Of a stretch of 64,000 nucleotides of DNA, positions 60,471-64,000 are shown in pieces. Position 1 is the first letter of the stretch. Every line of letters begins with the position of its first letter. Origin of the DNA: Bispira polyomma. Taxonomy: Eukaryota. The stretch spans positions 7,750,001-7,814,000 of the forward strand of contig OZ287754.1 of NCBI GenBank assembly GCA_965649765.1, written 5' to 3'. The position numbers and the translations under genes are program-made. The notes beneath the pieces were generated by a model. It saw only the letters and a program-made list of their open reading frames with translations, was not told the origin of the DNA and searched no databases.

Positions 60471-62712
60471 GTGCCTTTAAACTCTAACCACCCTACCACC
60501 CCTTCCCCCATCCTTTTAATCATCAAAGGAGCGTACCCATGGTATGCCAACAACAAGAACACAAATAGTTTTCATTGGCTTATTTTGTTTTTCTCTGCCC
60601 TGTCTTCAAACTAGCAAACACATTTCCATAAGTCTAAAGAATATTCAAGTCAAAAATACAGTACAAAAAGACAATCTTGATCCATTAAACTAGTCATAAA
60701 TTTCCATTTATTTCCGCTTGTATTTTGCCTGATATTCCTGATTTTTCATAACACCATGATTTTTCATATTAACAGACACAAGCAAATGCACAAAAAGAAT
60801 TGGTTATCTTGTATTTTTTTTTTTGCTTATTTATTGCAGATTGGTTAAATCCGTTTTGTACATGATCGTGTTTGTCAATACATGTCAAAGTGAAGCATGA
60901 AAACTCTTTTACTGAAGAATGAAACAATCTGTCGGCAATCTTCAGTGATCCACTAGTTGAAAACAGTTGTGGACTCTTTCCTATGTAGATCTAAAGGCCA
61001 AACAAAAGTTTGTAATACAGTAGAACCTCTATTATCCAAACTTCTGTTGTCCAAATATTTGATTTGATAACCATATATTATTATTCTCTCCCAAAAACAT
61101 TTTCCTATTTTATACCACCGCTTCTATTTTATAAACCTTCCATTATCCAAAACAAAATCTTGCTCACCCAACATGTTTAGATAATAGATTTTACTGTAAT
61201 TGTTAGTTTTTGTTGGCTGCTAGCCTCATGTTACAATGAAGCACATAACAGAATTATGTTTTGCCACAACTGGCCTGCATAGCTTTTGTTTTAAGTCAGG
61301 GTCAGCAGGTCAGGGTCAGCAGGTATTTGCAGCAATTATTTAGGTTTTTACATCACTTTAAACATCCTTGGTCATATTGTGATGGCCAGATTTATTGGTG
61401 GAGAGAACGTACTGGAAACCACTGACGTACGACATGCAGTCTCTGTCTCTGACCTTGTTTGTTTGCAAAGCTAATTCTTGCGGTTAAATAATTTTATTTT
61501 AAAATTTTCTACTGCTACAGAAATAATATACAACACCAGTTTAAATAATTTTATATACACACAAAGTTAGGGTGACCTCAATCTCTTGAGGTCACCTTAA
61601 CTTGGGCACCAGGTTATATTGATTACAGTTTGTTTAACTTTTTTAAGTAGGGTGACCTTAAGCTTTTAAGGTTCTCCGAATATGGTAAGGTTACCTTATA
61701 TATTTAAGGTGACCTCAGTTCAGATTTTGAACCATGGGTTTAATTGAATTGAATTATATGGGTTTTAATTTTGAAAGTTACCTGGTGCCACTATTTCTGT
61801 TATTGTGTTACTGTTTTTATATATTACACATGTAAATGGATGCTGTTGTACTACATGAATCCATTATACTATATTTAGTTACTATATTACTTCTGTTACA
61901 TATGGGGACATTGTGGTGTGTGGAAGAAAAACCGGTCTAGTTAGTACTAATGGTTTTACACTCTGCTGGAGTGAGCTATTTATAGATTTGGGGAAACCCC
62001 TAAGCCTCTAGAAACCGGTTCTATTTTATTTCTGAAGGTTATTAAAGTTGTATTCATATGTATATCTCATCTCTGGAATGTCCTAGCGATTGCTTACACA
62101 TTCTAGCAACCTTCTCTAGCAGTGGTATATATAAGGGTTGACAGCCTGGCCACAGAAGAGATTTAATTGAGCTGAGGTGCTATATGAATGCTATATGAAC
62201 TACTATACTGTTTGTTATATGCATTTTGTGGTGAACTCATTGGAATGAACTAGATAGAAGTTGTGGATCTACCAGAGATTGGATTTACTGCATATTGGAT
62301 ATTGTTTGCATCCTGGACTGGATAGCTTAGTTGTGCAGATTCTCTGGATATATACATTTTGTGTGCGTGGACGCTGAACAGATAACAGGATACAGGCATT
62401 GTGTGGACATTGAGCGGATCTCAAGACAGATTGCTGGATACAGTGGACAAACTGGTTTAATTGTTATTTAAGTGGACAGGACTGTGGTCAGGTCAGATTG
62501 ATTTCATTATTATATTATTGTGTGAGCTATTAAGGGTATCTCAGTTGACTGTAATTTTGTAATTTTGTAATTGTATCATTTTGTAATTCTGTAATTGTTA
62601 TTTTATTTGTTAAATAAATTTGTTAAGTGAAACTTTTTGTCTTTTCCTGTTACAACCTCAAAGCAACCGGTAATTGCTACCTCGCTTGCTCCCGTGACCG
62701 TAACAGGAAAAT

Positions 62713-62730
62713 TGGGGGCTCGTCCGGGAT
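62713..62730 (+). promoter_or_regulatory. Primer-binding site, tRNA-Pro
   Basis: TGGGGGCTCGTCCGGGAT, the 18-nt complement of the tRNA-Pro 3' end, 7 nt after the LTR. Confidence 0.92.
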
Positions 62731-62816
62731 CTAACCATTTGATCTAACTATTTTTATAGCTTTTTGAAAAATCATTTATTTTGTTGAAAAATATATTACA
62801 GTCAACAGTGCTCAAA

Positions 62817-64000
62817 ATGGCTAGTGCTAAAGAGTTTATACAGTCACCATCTATTGAGGTTCTAGAAACTTTTAAAAAAGATATGTTAATGCAGATAACA
62901 CAGGAATTACAGTTAGATGTGAAAAAGTCAACACGTAAACATGAACTTAAAAGGCTTATTGTTGAACAGTTAGTTGATGAAGACCTTTTGCATGATAGTT
63001 GTTTAGAAGTGTATGAACCTCTGCCAATGGAAACTTCTGGGCAATTTGAGATCAGGCGATTAGAAATTGAAAGAGAGCTAAAACTTAAAGAGCTTGAAGC
63101 TCAGCAACAACAGAGAAAAGAAGAGCTCGAAGCTCAAAGGCGAAAAGAAGAGCTCGAAGCTCAAAGGCGAAAAGAAGAGCTTGAGGCTCAAAGGAGAAAA
63201 GAAGAGCTTGAGGCTCAAAGGAGAAAAGAAGAGCTTGAGCTTGAGGCTCAAAGGAGAAAAGAAGAGCTTGAGGCTCAAAGGCGAAAAGAAGAGCTTGAGC
63301 TTGAGGCTCAAAGGCGAAAAGAAGAGCTCGAAGCTCAAAAATTTGAAAAAGAGCTTGAACTTAAACATGAAAGGGAAATGAAGGCTTTGGAACTCAATGC
63401 TCGCCGAATTGCCCATGAAGAGTCCATGGCAACCAAATTTGATTTGGGTAAAAATATGCGACTGGTACCACCTTTCAACGAGTCCGAAGTTGATAAATAT
63501 TTTCAACACTTTGAACGAGTGGCTCAAAATTTGAAATGGCCCACAAACCAATGGCCTTTATTGCTGCAAAGTGTTTTCAAAGGCAAAGCCCAAGAGGCAT
63601 ATACAGCTTTGCCAATTTCTGAATGTAGAGATTATGACTGTGTGAAAAATGCTATCTTGAAAGCATATGAGTTGGTACCAGAAGCATATCGTCAAAAATT
63701 CAGAAATTATCGTAAGCAAGAAAATCAAACTTATGTTGAATTTGCCCATGAAAAAGAAGTGTACTTTGACAGATGGTGTAATTCTAGAGAGTTGGTACAG
63801 ACTTTGAAAAGCTTAGGCAAGTCATTTTAATTGAGGAGTTCAAAAGGGGTGTTCGTGATGACATTAAAACCTATCTGGATGAACAGAAAGTAGAAAATTT
63901 GCAAAAAGCAGCAGCTTATGCTGATGATTATGCGCTGACTCACAAGTCCACTTTTAACAAGAGTAAATCCTCTGGTCCCACAAAGAAGTTTTATCCTGAA
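62817..64000 (+). pseudogene. Gmr1 gag with expanded coiled-coil repeat; frameshift at ~63790
   Basis: MASAKEF..., (RRKEELEAQ)n, VPPF.E..VD.YF.HFE..A...W, YELVPEAYRQKFR SCAN-like region. Confidence 0.88.

Larger units (their letters stand above)
61894..64000 (+). mobile_element. Second Gmr1-clade LTR retrotransposon of the same family, truncated by the window edge
   Basis: LTR 61894-62705 (TGTTAC...GTAACA) is a diverged reverse complement of 53789-54556; PBS and gag follow. Confidence 0.93.

Noticed and set aside
63078-63551. Hydrophobic antisense ORF and alternative-frame ORF over gag
   Set aside because: By-products of the 27-nt repeat expansion

Overview
AT-rich eukaryotic (animal, most likely marine invertebrate) genomic DNA; no prokaryotic features. 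The host content is a head-to-tail tandem array (- strand) of three copies of a two-coding-exon glutamine synthetase type I / lengsin-like gene. Copy 1 (15353-13368, 449 aa) is intact. Copies 2 and 3 are pseudogenes that each lost the same splice donor by a different lesion. Because the array units are paralogous, one unit often shows the empty site for an insertion in another. Inserted elements: (i) two divergent, degenerate tyrosine-recombinase retrotransposons (Ngaro/DIRS-like gag-RT/RH-YR, no methyltransferase, no obvious terminal repeats) that carry arrays of a palindromic AAGGTNRCCTT motif; (ii) a 4-kb Penelope-like element with a 12-bp TSD, an intact upstream ORF, a truncated RT, an extra C2H2 zinc-finger ORF and a complete type I hammerhead ribozyme whose predicted cleavage site matches the element's 5' end; (iii) a polB-less Maverick/Polinton derivative (integrase stub, pX-like peptide, minor and major capsid, protease, ZnF-fused packaging ATPase) with ~120-bp TIRs; (iv) a full-length Gmr1-type Ty3/gypsy element (PR-IN-RT-RH order, tRNA-Pro PBS, 5-bp TSD) nested in the Maverick minor capsid gene, and a second copy running off the right edge; (v) tRNA-derived SINEs, several MITE families and minisatellites. 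The best candidates for something new are the ribozyme-delimited three-ORF Penelope-like unit, the amine-ligase-type active site of the animal GS array, and the palindrome arrays of the YR elements. All family assignments are motif recognition by eye, not database searches.
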